Shown: piece by piece, positions 13,500-26,460 of the stretch | Layout: each line of letters starts with the position of its first letter | Position numbering within the stretch: the stretch's first letter is position 1 | Source: Vicugna vicugna | Taxonomy: Eukaryota | Assembly: GCA_013265495.1 (NCBI GenBank) | Contig: MU057786.1 | Span: forward strand, 62,001 to 126,000 | Direction: 5' to 3' | DNA length: 64,000 bases | Notes under the pieces: generated by a model | What the model was told of the DNA's origin: nothing | Databases searched by the model: none | Seen by the model: the letters and a program-made list of their open reading frames with translations, nothing else | Position numbers and translations under genes: made by a program

Positions 13500-14660
13500 A
13501 ACATTGTAACCATATTTTGAAGTGTGGTAAAGTGTACATAACATAGTATTTATTATACGCATGTATACAATTCAGTGACATGAAGTATATTCAGTGTTGT
13601 GTAACCATCGCCATTATCTACACCCCAGACTTTTTCATTGTCTCTAACAAAAACACTGTACCCATTAAACAATAACTTAACCTTTGACCTGCCCAGCCCC
13701 TAGTAAACACTGTTTTACTATCTGTCGCTATAAAATTCTTTTCTAGATACCTCATATAAGTGGTATCACTTAATATTTGTCTCTGTCTTATTTCACTAAG
13801 CATTGTGTTGTCAAGATCCATTCCTGTTGTAATGTGTCAAAATGGCATGCCTTTTTTATGCCTAAATAATATTCCAGTGTTTGTATATACCACCTTTTGT
13901 TTATCTATTCATCTGTAAATGGACACTTTGTGGGAGAAATGGGTTGTTTTCACCTTTTGGCTATTTGAGTTCCTGCTTTCAATTGTTTTGGATACCTAGG
14001 AGTTGAATTTTTGGGACGCATGGTAGGTCTATGTTTTAACAGCCAAACTGTTTTCCCCTTTGCACCATTTTTACATTCCTATCAGCAGTGGACAAGGGTT
14101 CTAATTTTTCCACATCCTCAACAACACTTGTTACTTTCTGAGGGTTTTGTTTTTTGGTAGTAGCTATCCTAATGGGTGTGGAATGGTATCTTGTTGTAGT
14201 TTGATTTGCATTTCCCTAACTAGTGATGTTGAGGATCTTTTCATGTACTGGGCATTTGAATATCTTTTTTGAAGAAATGTCTATTCAATACCCACTTATG
14301 AGTCGAGTTGTTTGGTTTCTGTATTGTTGAGTTATAGGAGTTGTTTATATATTCTAGATATTAATGCCTTAGTAGGTATGTAATTTGCACATAGATTCCC
14401 CTATTCTGTGGATTGTCTCTTTACTTTCTTCATAGTGTGCTTTAATTTCAGTGGAGTCCAATTTATCTATTTTTTCTCTTGTTACCTTGTGCTTTTGGCA
14501 TCATATCCAATAAATCATTGTCAAATCGGATTTCATGGAGCTTCCCCTTATGTTTTCTTCTAAGTTTTATAGTTTTAAGTTTTACTTTTAGGTCATTGAT
14601 CTATTTTGAGTTAATTTTTGTATATAGTGTAAGTTAAGGTCCCAATCATTCTTATGCATT
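13500..14660 (-). mobile_element. L1 (L1MB-like) 3' portion
   Basis: Continuous antisense L1 3'UTR and ORF2-end sequence; ORF 13618-13821 MDLDNTMLSEI... is L1-like. Confidence 0.85.
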
Positions 14661-15097
14661 ATATAAGTCATTTTAATATAGTCCAGCATAAGTATTGAGA
14701 ATAATATGCTTGATTTTTACCTTTTTATTAAAAAGTTACTTAAATAGCTTGTTACAGTGTTAAAAAGTTTGGTTATTGAAAATTGCTGTTGAAAGTTATT
14801 GACATTTTTTGTAGATTGAACTGCTTTTAAGCAGTTAAAGAAAGTGTGTCTTTTTTATGATCCAGCTTTATTACCTCTGTAAAGAGCCAGTTGGGAATAT
14901 TTTCAAAGTAATTGTGTTATACTTTTGTACTCCCAGGTGCCCACCCATGCCCCCCCGCTCCCACCCCCAATGGAAAAAAATGCTTAATGCTAATTTCAGC
15001 TGAACTTGCTCTGGAGACAGGGGCTAGGGTATTGTGATATAATGATTATATAATGTCACCTTAATGCTTTGATGGGGCTTAGATACTTATTAATAAT

Positions 15098-15710
15098 TCA
15101 CTTAAAAAACAATAACCTATTACATGTTAATGTAACATTTTAATGGGAATTACTTTCTCTAAAATAGTACGAAGAGTAGCATTGTTTTAAATCTTTTGCA
15201 AATCTTTATAGAGTTTGGCTTAATAAAGACAATTTGTTATATCCTCTACATTCAGTGTATTTCATTATGTTGTTTTTAGTTGAAATATATGAAGAAAATT
15301 CAGCCTCACATATTAGTTGTATTTTAAATAGTCTTTTCAAGTAATCGTGGACATTCTTCTTTGATACTATCAAAACTCAACAAATGAGAGTTTCTTAAAG
15401 GTGGGTTGTAACTTGGATCTAAAACCATGCCAATGTACCTTTTGTAATTTATTGATCTGTCTTGCACTTTGAAATACGTGCATGCTTTGTAATAACATAC
15501 ATTGGTCACTTGGAAAAAGTTATATTGGTTTATGCAGATTTTTCAAATGGTGACACATTTCATTATACAGTATCAAAAAATCACGTTAATACCACTGCCA
15601 GACTCCTCAGATGAGTCACTAAGTATTGGGACGCTATCTAAAGTTAACAGTAATAGGTAAAAGTTCTTCAAAATTTTAGTTTTTGCTTCTAAGTTCCACA
15701 TTTAATAACT
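15098..15710. mobile_element. hAT-Charlie (Charlie1-like) internal fragment
   Basis: Recalled Charlie1 motifs: gcattgtttta..ttttgcaaatc, gaagaaaattcagcctcaca, gacacatttcattatacagtatcaaaaaatcac. Confidence 0.65.
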
Positions 15711-17021
15711 AGAATTTTGTAAAGAGGAGTTTTCTTTTTTCCCCACCCACTCCCCTGTCACTATAGACTCAGTAATTTTTACTTACAATGGATTTGGCCA
15801 GAGTGAACCATCTTAAGCTGTTTCTTGAGTCCTTTTCATATAACCCCATTATCTTTGACCATTCTTTTGCTTTTAATAAACTGAGTTCATATTGATAGTT
15901 TAATTTCAAATTTAACTTTTCAGAATTTTGTATTTAGCTTACTTGCTTTATTCTCCTTTTTAAATTGTAATACCAGTATTATTATGGACAGTAAATACAC
16001 TTTTAAGTTATAATACCAGTAGTATTATGGACAAAATACACTGAGTGAAGTTTCAGATTTCTTTGCAGTTCTTTTTGTCTTGAGATTATTTTACTAAAAT
16101 GAAGCCATAGTGATGTGTTCAAAAGTTTTGAAATAATTTTTATCTTGTGAATGTTAATTCAGTATTCATTTGAATTCATTTGTACTTACTTGTGCTTTTT
16201 TTTTTTTTAACTTAGTTTTAAACTTAATATTACAGTCATTTCTTTGCTACTGACATGGCTTAGAAGACAGCAGTGTGCATGTACTTGACCCGATTATAAA
16301 AGAATCTCTCTAGCTAAAGTAAATCAGGTCATGCAACCAAGTAGGCAGAAGACCTATTTACTGTTAATGGGTAGTTGTCAGAGGAAAATTATTATTTGAA
16401 ACCAAAAGAGCTGTGAGATTGAACTCATTTGAAAGATGTAATGTGAGTAAAGTCCTGCCTTAAGACAACAGTCCTGATTGAATCCCTGATGAGGCTTCAG
16501 TAAATGTTTTAATTTCCTTTTTAACCTCGTATTGAAATGTTTGCCAAAACCCTTTTTATTTTAAGTGGAATTATGTCAGAATTTTTTCCAGTTAGATATT
16601 ACTGCTACTTAGGTGGATCAGAAAGCTTCAAAAATAAGACTGAATCCTGAGTGTTTTAGTACTTTAATAAAAAGTGACAAAAAATGCTTTAAACCCCATG
16701 AAGTTAATGTATCCTTATGACGATATCTAGGTAAAGAATTTAGAAGCCTGCTTCAGGAAGAGAGCAACAGGAAATCAAGCACTATAAAATCCCTAGCTCT
16801 TTTAAGAACTAGGTCATCCATTTGTCTTCAAGACAACTAAAAGGCTACTTAAGAGTTGTTAAAAAGGAGAGAGCTATTGAGAAACAGAAATAGGAGAAAT
16901 TTTACATACTGAGTTTTGGCGAGTATAAAGAAATAGGAGAAATACATAAATAGGATCAAAGTTTTAAGTATTTCTAAAGTAAGAGTGGAATAAATAGATT
17001 TCTTTTATATATAAGAAATCC

Positions 17022-17155
17022 GGGGGGTGGTATTGCTCAGTGGTAGAGTGCCTACTTAGCATGCACAGGGTCCTGGGTTCAATCCCAGCACCTCCATTAA
17101 GAAATAAATAAACCTAATCCCCCCACAATTTAAGAAAATTAAAAAAACAAACAAA
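17022..17155 (+). mobile_element. tRNA-Ala-derived SINE (Vic-1-like)
   Basis: G-rich head, A box gctcagtggtagag, B box gggttcaatccc, then taaacctaat and an A-rich tail. Confidence 0.88.
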
Positions 17156-17464
17156 CCAGGATTCACGTTTTCCAAGCAAAAATAAGACAAGCTCAGTTCT
17201 CCAAGGAGTTTTTATGTAGGTTATCCTACATATCCCAGATCTCCAGAGAAAAAGGAAAGGGAGAGTTGCTGGGTAGGTGGGTGTAGGACATGTTTTCAGC
17301 AGTTGTTCCATTTCTCCATTTTAATAGAAATATCCTCCTGTAGCTGATAGGTTAGTGGGAATATCTGGGTCTTCTCTAATCTGATTAAAGACACTAATGA
17401 CCTCATTTCAGAGTGGTGGAGAAGTGGTTTACGTCTTGTATGATAAGTATTCCTCCTTACCTAC

Positions 17465-17680
17465 CAGGCTTTCTTAGCCTCAACACCGATGTTTGGGTTG
17501 AATGAGTCTTTGCTGTGGAAGGTGACCCTGTATATGGAGGATATATAGCAGCATCCCTGGCCTCTATCCGCCAAATGCTAGTACCACCCCCTGACCCCCA
17601 TTTCAACCAGGAATGTCTCAGACATAGCTACGTGTCCCGTGGGTGGTCAGGATGGGCCCCCTTCTCATTGGGGGTACTAT
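17465..17680. mobile_element. MER20 (hAT-Charlie) element
   Basis: tagcagcatccctggcctcta...aatgtctcagacat matches the MER20 core as recalled. Confidence 0.75.
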
Positions 17681-17689
17681 GTGTGTATG

Positions 17690-19030
17690 TATGACCTGAG
17701 AGTGGGTTGCAGACTTCACACGGATTAATCCTGGATACCGTAGTTTGTACTTTCTAGAAACAAGAGTGCTCTCCTGCATAGCAGCAGTCTGCACATCAAC
17801 CCCAGGAAGCCAGTGACATTAAACACAATAATTCAGTCTAATCCACAGATCCCATTCAGTTTTACCGATTGTGTCACCATCTTCCAAACAAAGAGCCCAT
17901 GAATCCAGAATCACATGTTGTATTTAGTTGTCACAAATCTCCACTTCCTTTAGTCTGGAACGTCTGTTTCTTTCCATGGCTTTGGAAAGAGTTAAGATTG
18001 GTTATTGGTTGAATGGCTCTCCATTTGTGCTTGTCTCATGTTTCCTCACGATTGGATTTAGGTTATGTGTATTTAGTGGAAATACCAGGAGAGATGCTGT
18101 GTTCTCATAGTATTATCAGGTGGCATACAGTGGCAGTCTGTACCATTACTGTTGATGTTAACTGATGTTGACTGTCTTTTGCGGTCTGTCCAGTTCCTAA
18201 GCTTTCTGCATCAGACTTTTACCCACTAGTTTTAGCATTTTTGCCTGAATCCATCTTTACTGTGATAGTTGTTGAGTAATTTTTCCTAATTACATCATTC
18301 CTTCTATAGTTAGTAGTAGTTGGCCTTCTAACATAAGATAGATCTTTTCCTACACTTCATTTATATAAGAATGTATGTTTATACATTACATTATATATTC
18401 ATTATTATATACCCATTTATATACTTATATATTCATTTCTTTATGTCAATATGAACTTGTTTTATTCAGTTGCTACTGTTACTTATTTAAATGATAGTAC
18501 TATCATTATTTTGATACTCAGATTTTCTTAGATTTGGCCTGTGGATGTTTTTTCAAACTGACTTTTAAGGTGGCCGACCATTTTGCATTTCCTTAGTAAA
18601 TGACACACTAAAGATGTTCAAAGCTCATCATATACATTCCCAGACCTGAAATCAGCCATTTCTCCAAGGACTCCTGTTTTGTTTTAGTGGAGTATGATCT
18701 TTAGAAATACCTGATTACTAAGTATGGCCATTTCTTCTTGGAGTAAACAGTATGGAAACGTGAATATGAGTCTGTCTCTGTCCCCCCCACCAAAGGACAC
18801 ACCCAGGCATATACTTATTTCATATCTGCATATTTTTACCTCTGTATATTTAGAACCATGAGTTCATACTGATAATCTCCAATTCCAGTTAAACACCACA
18901 TATTTTATTCTAGCCCTCCTGCTTTTCACATTTTACTTCTTTTTGCCAACAGCGAGGACTCTGGTTTCCATTATCCTCAATATATTTACTTATTTGTTCA
19001 GTCTTCTTGTATATAGCCAAATTCCTGGCC
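17690..19030 (-). mobile_element. Ancient L1 (L1MC-like) 3' region
   Basis: cagacctgaaatcagccatttctccaaggactcctg...ttttagtggag; ccatgagttcatactgata. Confidence 0.6.
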
Positions 19031-22000
19031 ACACAGGCCATCTCCTTAGTTTTAGTGTCACTCGCCAAGAGGTCCCTCTTCCCTTTTTTAACCTTCCCAT
19101 GTTAGAAAACATTAACTTTTTAAGTTTGCTGGCAGTGAGAATTTCCCCCAACACCTCACCAGGGGTATAGACAAGGGTTGTTCATAATAGGGCTGAAGGC
19201 TTGCTGGGTGAACACATGTGGCAGGAAGAAGATGAGGAGGGTAAAGAAAACTTCTAGTAAGGACATGTTTGACATGATTATGCAGAAAAGGTTCGCTTGC
19301 AAGGGAGAAAAGTAAAGAGGGTTTGTGGGATTAGGTTGAAACATACCTGCTTTTAAGTGCCTTTTGTTTCTACGTAGTTTTATTGATCATTTGGCAATTT
19401 TAATGCTTTTTTTTCCCAAGGCCATCCTTTTTCTGATCACTGGCTCCAGTTTCTCTGAATGCCATTATTTGTAGTTGTCAAATATGTGCTGATACTTAGG
19501 TCATTTCTTCTGCCTGCCCTACCTTTTGTTGGATTTCAGCTGCTGCCTGTTTGCTCTCTTTCTAAAGGATTATCCGTATAATCATCCTTACTAACCTTTA
19601 GTGCTTAGAGGGTTATAGTTTACCTTGGGCTTTGGCTGTTTTATTTTGCCAGTTAAGACTGTTGCTGGGTCATTGATGAAACTAACCATAATGTCAATCT
19701 CAGTTTCAATTCTCAAGTGTTTATACCTTCACTTGTATCATTTCCCAGTGGTTTAATGCTGGGCGCATCTGGAACTATCTTTTGTTTGACTCTCAAAGAA
19801 CATTCTGGCCTTTTTTTTTTTTTTCTTTTCCCTTCCCTTCTGTCATTCAATATGACACATAATAGTGGGCTTGGGCAACTGAATTAAAGTTTGGTTATCA
19901 GTATAAATCATGGTTGTATATTTAGCTGTATTAGAAACTTAAAATTACATAAAGCTGTGGTTTTAAGTGTAGTTTATATAGTTTTAGAAATTTATTTTTT
20001 GTTTAATAAAATAAGCTTATATAGGTTGTCAACTTAAAAGCAGATCTTAAAAATTGAAGAGATTTTGGAGGACAAGTAGTTCTCCCTCTCACCAGTGTTC
20101 CTTCACAGCATCGTTATCTGGCAGTTGGAACTCACTCTGATGAAGCCGCTTATTTTTCTGTCAAATTGTTTTACATTTTGGCTTGGTTACCTTTGATCTG
20201 TGTCTGGGGATTCATTGACCATCCTGGGATCCAGTCATCAAGATAGCAGTATGAGAGTCACTATATTTTCATAGACTAAAACCTGAATGTGAAGCCTGAA
20301 AAAAAGGGAGACTCCAGTCACTGGTCTGCCGATGAGGGAAACTAGCCAAAGTGTAAAAGTAAAAAGCTACTGCTAGCCAGAGCTCCCAGGTTGGTGATCC
20401 AAAGAGTGGTTGAAGCTGAGCACGTTCTGGCTCAGCCTGGGTATGGAGAGGGTCAGTTTTAGCGGGCTTTTCTTTGTCATTGTTTTCATTCAACATATGC
20501 TACATGCGTTTCACTGTGCTAGGTGCTGGGTATACAAAAAGGAACATGTCTTCAAAAGTGTGTTATAGAATGTTCTTCCCCCATGAAAACTTGTGAGTAG
20601 TCTTAGTATTTCCTCAGTGTGTTAGTTCAGAAGCAGGAGTATCTGCTTTTTATGTATTTAACTTAAACATTAAACTTGATACTTGTCATTGATTTGTATT
20701 CTATAAAGACCTAGGAAAGTATAAGTTGTTTTCTCTGTGTGATCTAATTCTTGTGTTTTTTTTCCTATGATATATTTTTTTCTGGAAGAATTTTAATATG
20801 GAATAAAGGTACCATTAATCTTTTTATTTTCTTTAGTTCAAGATCTTTTAAAATTTGGAAGTTCAAAATATTGCACTATAACTTACTTCTCAGAAAATAA
20901 AGTTCAAAATGAGAAAATTTAGCTATGGTTTAATCAAGAAGAGCATGAGAACTTTGACACGTATTTGACACTGAGCCAAAGTGTCTGTGTGTGTATTAGG
21001 GTGTTTATAGTTTGGAATTTATTTTTCCAGTTTGTAATAACATTTTATTTAGAATTCATTGGGATTCTGACATCCAGAAAACTCTTTGCTGATATTGATA
21101 CTCTAATGTCTTCATGCTAATAATGCTAATAATGACCCCAATTTAACATCAGATGCATAATACCAGGAGTTTTTTGAGAATAGTGACCATATTTTTTTTT
21201 CACCTTTAAATTCTTAGTGCCCAAAGTACAGAAGGAGTTTATAAATGTATATTTCTGGGATTCTTGGAAGTATCTTTCAGCAAAGAATCTCATATAGTAC
21301 TAAATACTTGGCTTTTTTATATTTGAAAATTGGTAAACATCAAATTTGGGAAATTTTCAGCCAGTATTATTCAAATAATTTTGGGCTCTCTGTCCCCCTC
21401 TGGGGACTCTAATTACACCTGATTACATTTGTTTTACTTCAGTCAGCCTTAAATCAGCAGGTAAAACCTGTGGTCTGACAGAATCAAGCTTGTTGACTTA
21501 CTGCAATAAAGGATACTGCACACCAGAGGAACCACGGGGCATTTTACCAAAGAAAAGTTTTTATAGGATTTTGGAGGAACTGGAGAATTGAGGTGAAATT
21601 TAAATGAAACAGTGTTTGAGAGGCTCAGAGCAAAGCAGTGCTCTCTGTGAGGGAGGTCATCTTTACCTTCTCACACAGTTATTGAGCTAGGTGAGTTTGT
21701 CCCAGTGTGCGCTGACAATTTTTTCATCTTTAATTTTTTTCAGTCTTTTTTCTTTTTGTTTCATTTAATTAAATAGTTTAGTTTCTGTTGCCCATTTTCA
21801 AGTTATTCTACAGAGTCTAATCAGCTATTAATCCCAATCATTATAATTTTCATTTCTGAAAGTTTAGTTTGGGTCTATTTTATTTTTTTCTTGTCTACTT
21901 AGCATATTCATTGTTCCCCCTACCTTCTTACATACGTGGAGTGAGTAACAGTTATTTTCATGTCTTTGTCTTCTGATTCTGACATCTGTATTATTTCTGG

Positions 22001-23579
22001 GTATGTTTTTATAGATTGATTTTTCTCATTATGGGTTGTATTTTCCTGCTTCTTTGCATGGCTAATAACTTTAAATTGGATGCTAGTCACTTAGACTTTT
22101 ACCTTGCTGGGTGCTGGATATTTCTCTGTAAGTTTCAGCTTGCTCTGAGATGCATCAAAGTTATATTCGATCCTTATGTGTCTTTTAAATTTTAGGTGGG
22201 AGAGCAGCCTTTAGAGTTCACTTCCCTCTTCCACTCCCCATCCCCCCAAATATATCACCTGATTCCTCTGGATTACAAGGTTTTTCAGCCTTGGCTAGTG
22301 GGGACACAAACTTTTCCAGTTTGAGGAGAAGCAGTTTAGGAATTGTTTGCTCTTTTGAGGGAAGTACTTTTTCCTGCCTCACATTTGCTCGTCAGTACTC
22401 AGCCACATATTTGAGAGGGAGTCTCTGTAGATCTTTATTAAGTTCTTTGTGCAGCTCTTTCCTGTGATACTGTGCTCTGTGAACTTTCAGTCACCTTTAT
22501 CCCTGGACTCCTAGTTCCGTCTCCTCAACTAAGAGAGGCTGCTGCTGGCTGGGCTCTGAATTCTCCTTCCTTGTGCCATTGTCTGGAAACTTAGGCAATT
22601 GTAGGCCTTATCTCATTTCACCCCTGCTTAGGGATTATTGTGCTATGCTACCCAATGCCCAGTGACTGAAAATTATTTCATAGATTCTGTCCAGTTTGTT
22701 ATTTTCTAGTAGAAAGATAAATTTGGTCCCTGTTACTCCATCTTGTCCAGAAATGGACAGCCTAGATTTATATAATCGCTATATTCTATATCCTTATAGT
22801 CTAGAAAGTAAATCTTTTTTTTTTTTTTTGTAGAGGACCTAAGATGTAATGAATACCTTCAGAACTAATGATTCATTCTTGTTTCCTTCTCTTTTGGTTT
22901 GTTTTTTTTTCTCTTCTACCCATACTTTTGATTTGACTTGACATGGAATTCCATATTAAATTGAAATATAATTATATCTCTTTATGTTTAATTATGATTT
23001 ATATGATGTCCATATAAAAAACTTTTTAAAAAAATGTATAGAGATAAGGTTGGTAGAACCAGATTGAAAATAAAGGAGGAAATTGTGTGAAGAAAAAGTA
23101 ATGAATAGATGGAGTTGAAGCCAAAATTCAAGGGTTTTTGTCTTGATGGATTTCTTAAGGACCTACCACAAATATAATTTTGTGTTTCTTAGCAGCCAGG
23201 GCAGAGGAGGTTGTCAAGTGGCCCCTTTGCTTTTTACCATTAAAAAAGAACACTCTTACTATCTTGGGCCAAATGTGAGTTATGTTGTAATCTTTTTCCA
23301 TGCCTCAACTAAGGAAGTATTGCTGTTAAACTTTCGTTTGTTATTGATGGGCTATTTAATTAACAGTATTTGATTTAAGAACATAAATGAAAGATCTTTA
23401 TCCCTTCCCACTTGGTAGGATTGCCTGTGTTAAGGTTATATTAATCTTTTATTACTCTTTGATTTCTTACTTTCTTTTACTCTGGTCTGCATTTGATTTA
23501 GTTTCATGAAAATTAAAACATTAACTGATAGAATGATGATTTATACTTTTTCTATTTTACAGGTTTTCTGAGAGAATTT

Positions 23580-25400
23580 TAAAAGATTTTTAATATTTTT
23601 TACTTGGAAATAATTAAAAATAGTTTGTATTTGGAAATAATTTCAAAATTAATAGAAGAGTTGCAAAAATAAAATAGTACAAAGAACATTCCTTACCCTG
23701 ATTATCTTAATATTTGCCTTTTTCATTTGTTCTTTCTCTGTATTTGTGTGTGGTGTGTGTGTGTGTGTGTACACTCATACGTACACATTTTTTTCCTGAC
23801 TATTTAAGGGTAAGAGATATATGTATATTTTATATATACATATATATGTATTATATATGTGTGCATATTTTATATATATATATATCTAATTTCCTAGTCA
23901 GTTACATGTCCACATCACAGTAATCACCTTCAGTATAGATGACATTGTTCCAGTATTTTTATCTAATTTATTGTTGTGTCAGTTTTGTTAGTTGACACAG
24001 TAGTGTCCTCTGTAGTGTTTTCTCCTCTCTGGTACAGGATCCAGTCTAGGGTGAGGTATTTCGTTTAGCTATCATTCATTTAGTTGCTTAGCTGCCTCTT
24101 CAGTCTCCTTTTTTTGGGGGTGGAGGAAGGTTAGGTTTATTTAGTTCTTTATTTTAACGGAGGTACTAGGGATTGAACCCAGGACCTCATGACATGCTAA
24201 GCACACACTCTACCACTGAGCTCTCCACCTCTTTAGTCTCCTTTAAACAGGAACATTTCCATAGACTTTCTTTGTCTTTTATAACACTGACATCCTGTAT
24301 TTAAAAAAAAAGTTCCTCATTTTGGTTTAGTCTGATGTTTCCTCAGGATTGAATTCAGGTTATTCATTCTGGGCCAGGATACTGTGTTAAGTGATGATGA
24401 ATTCTTTTCAGTGTCACCTCTGGAGGATGCTAATTATGATCACCCAGTTAAAGGTTGTCCATTATTCCACTGTATACTATTTTTTTTCTCCCTTGCAACT
24501 GAAAAGCAGTCTTTGAAGAAACCATCCAAGTGCCCTTGTTCTTCACTAGGATATACTCTTAAATCTGCTGCCTGCAAAAAACCATTTTCCATCTCTCACA
24601 TCCCTTCACCTTCATCAGTCAGTCCTCACCGCCGTTATGAGCATCAGCCCATCCTCCTTCTCCCGTTTATTTATTCATTTGTTTATTTTATTTGGTTTTA
24701 TTTTTCTTTTATCAGTATGGACTTATGAATCCCTCCCCTCACTTTTAAAATGGTTTGAATTTGTCCTGACTTGGCTAATCTAGCTCTTCTTTCACTGTGA
24801 CATGCCCACATCATTTTATGAGCACTTTCTTACTTTCTGGCATAACAGTATTGCAGATTCATCTTGCACCTGGTGTGTTCCAGCCCTGGAATCAGGCCCA
24901 TTCTCTGAGGAGTCCCCATGCCCTGTAGTGGGGAATGGCACTAGAGACTAAGATCTGGGCAGTAGATGTAGTCAGCACTTCTTGGCCCCTTAGGTGGGAA
25001 ATATGCACGTACATGCATGTAGATTTTAGCATGTGCACATATCTGTTGTAGAAATCATGAGTTCACACTATGTTCAGTATTAGTCCATCCCTGCAGGGTT
25101 CTTTGCTTGCCTTCTGTTTTAACCCTGACTCGCAGCAGTATCAACACTTTTACTCAAACCTCTGATACATCTAAAATAGAATTGCTTTGTCTGTTCCACT
25201 GTAGTGAATAACTCTACTAATGTGCTTAGGATTTGCTTGTGATCCTGCACTTGCCCCAGGCTACACTGCCCATGACTCAGGGAGTAAAGTCAAATATTGT
25301 GTTATAAGTTATTTAGATTAGTTGTCTGCCTGTCTTTTGTTCGCTCTGTTTTCCTTTCAGTGTGTTTGCTGTTTGTTTGAGTTATAAGTAGGTTTATTTG
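23580..25400 (-). mobile_element. Ancient L1 (L1MC-like) 3' region with nested SINE
   Basis: ccagccctggaatcagg..cattctctgaggag; gaaatcatgagttcacact; same motif set as the 17.7-19 kb copy. Confidence 0.6.
24112..24228 (-). mobile_element. tRNA-Ala-derived SINE (Vic-1-like)
   Basis: ggaggtactagggattgaacccaggacctc...ctctaccactgagct; TSD ctctt(c/t)agtctccttt at 24096-24111 and 24229-24244. Confidence 0.88.
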
Positions 25401-26045
25401 TTCTGATTTGCTTTTATTTTAGGCTTTTTTCCCTTTTATTCTCATTTATTTAATTTTTTGATTGAATATGTATATTAACATGTTATGCATGCTTCCAAAA
25501 GTCAACACTATACAGAAAGGTAAGTTCAGTGAAGGGTCACTTCACTGGGAGATGTTGCAGCCCATCACCCACCTCTGGTAGGGAAGTGACTTAATTGTTC
25601 TCTCCTCTATCCTTTCTGTGTTTCTTTTTATAAAAAATAAGTACAAATTATCTTATTTTCCCTCCTTCTTATGTAAAAGGAAGTATCTATATGTGCACTT
25701 TTGCACTTTGCCTTTTTTTATTTAGTAATAACTCTTGGAAATCATAGTCTATAAGTTCATAGAGATCTTCCTTAGAGTATATGTATTTATAATTTTTTTA
25801 AGTTATATTTTTCCTTAGTGTTTTCCTTCCTCTATTCTCTTAAATGTTGTTTATATCCTTCAAAGTTACTTCTTTTTAAGGTTATATGTGTGTTGGTTAT
25901 GTATATACAAATCCAGTATTGGTAAAGTTTTGTATGTTCAGCACATCCCTATCATTATTTGGTCCTAATTTCAGTTGAAGATAATTCAGAGATTGTTGTC
26001 CTAGCATTTGGTTTAGCTACTGGAAAAGAAATCCTAGATTAGTTT

Positions 26046-26149
26046 TTATTTATTTATTATTTTAATGGAGGTACTGGGGATTGAGCCAGGACCTTGTGCA
26101 CGCTAGGCATACATTCTAAGACTGAGCTGTATCTCCCCCTGCCCCCCCC
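26046..26149 (-). mobile_element. tRNA-Ala-derived SINE (Vic-1-like)
   Basis: aatggaggtactggggattgagccaggacc...actgagct; flanking direct repeat attagttt. Confidence 0.85.
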
Positions 26150-26234
26150 ATTAGTTTGTAATACGTAGCTTATTTTTCTTTGGTTTAGCAGTCCTTGGCT
26201 GTTTGTCTCTGCACTATTTTCAAGTTGCTGTATT

Positions 26235-26460
26235 ACCAGGGACCCAGCTTTCTCTGTGGTGGTGTTCTGCCATTTCTATAGTATTGAAGAGTACAAATAG
26301 AAGGAATGGGAAGGAGAGGCACTGGACCATCCCTAGAAGGCCAGGACCCAGAAGATGTACTACACTTCCATTCGTACATCATTGACTAGAACTTGGTCAC
26401 ATGCCCACTTGAGCAGCAAGCGATGCTGGAAAATCAGAACAAGCACGTATCCAGCTAAAG
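26235..26460. mobile_element. MaLR LTR fragment (MLT1-like)
   Basis: cattgactagaacttggtcacatgccca...gcaag...gctggaaaat resembles MLT1J/K as recalled. Confidence 0.55.

Noticed and set aside
17022..17096. tRNA-Ala gene (also at the other seven similar loci)
   Set aside because: Stem mismatches, A-rich tails, TSDs and multiple dispersed copies indicate SINEs rather than functional tRNA genes.
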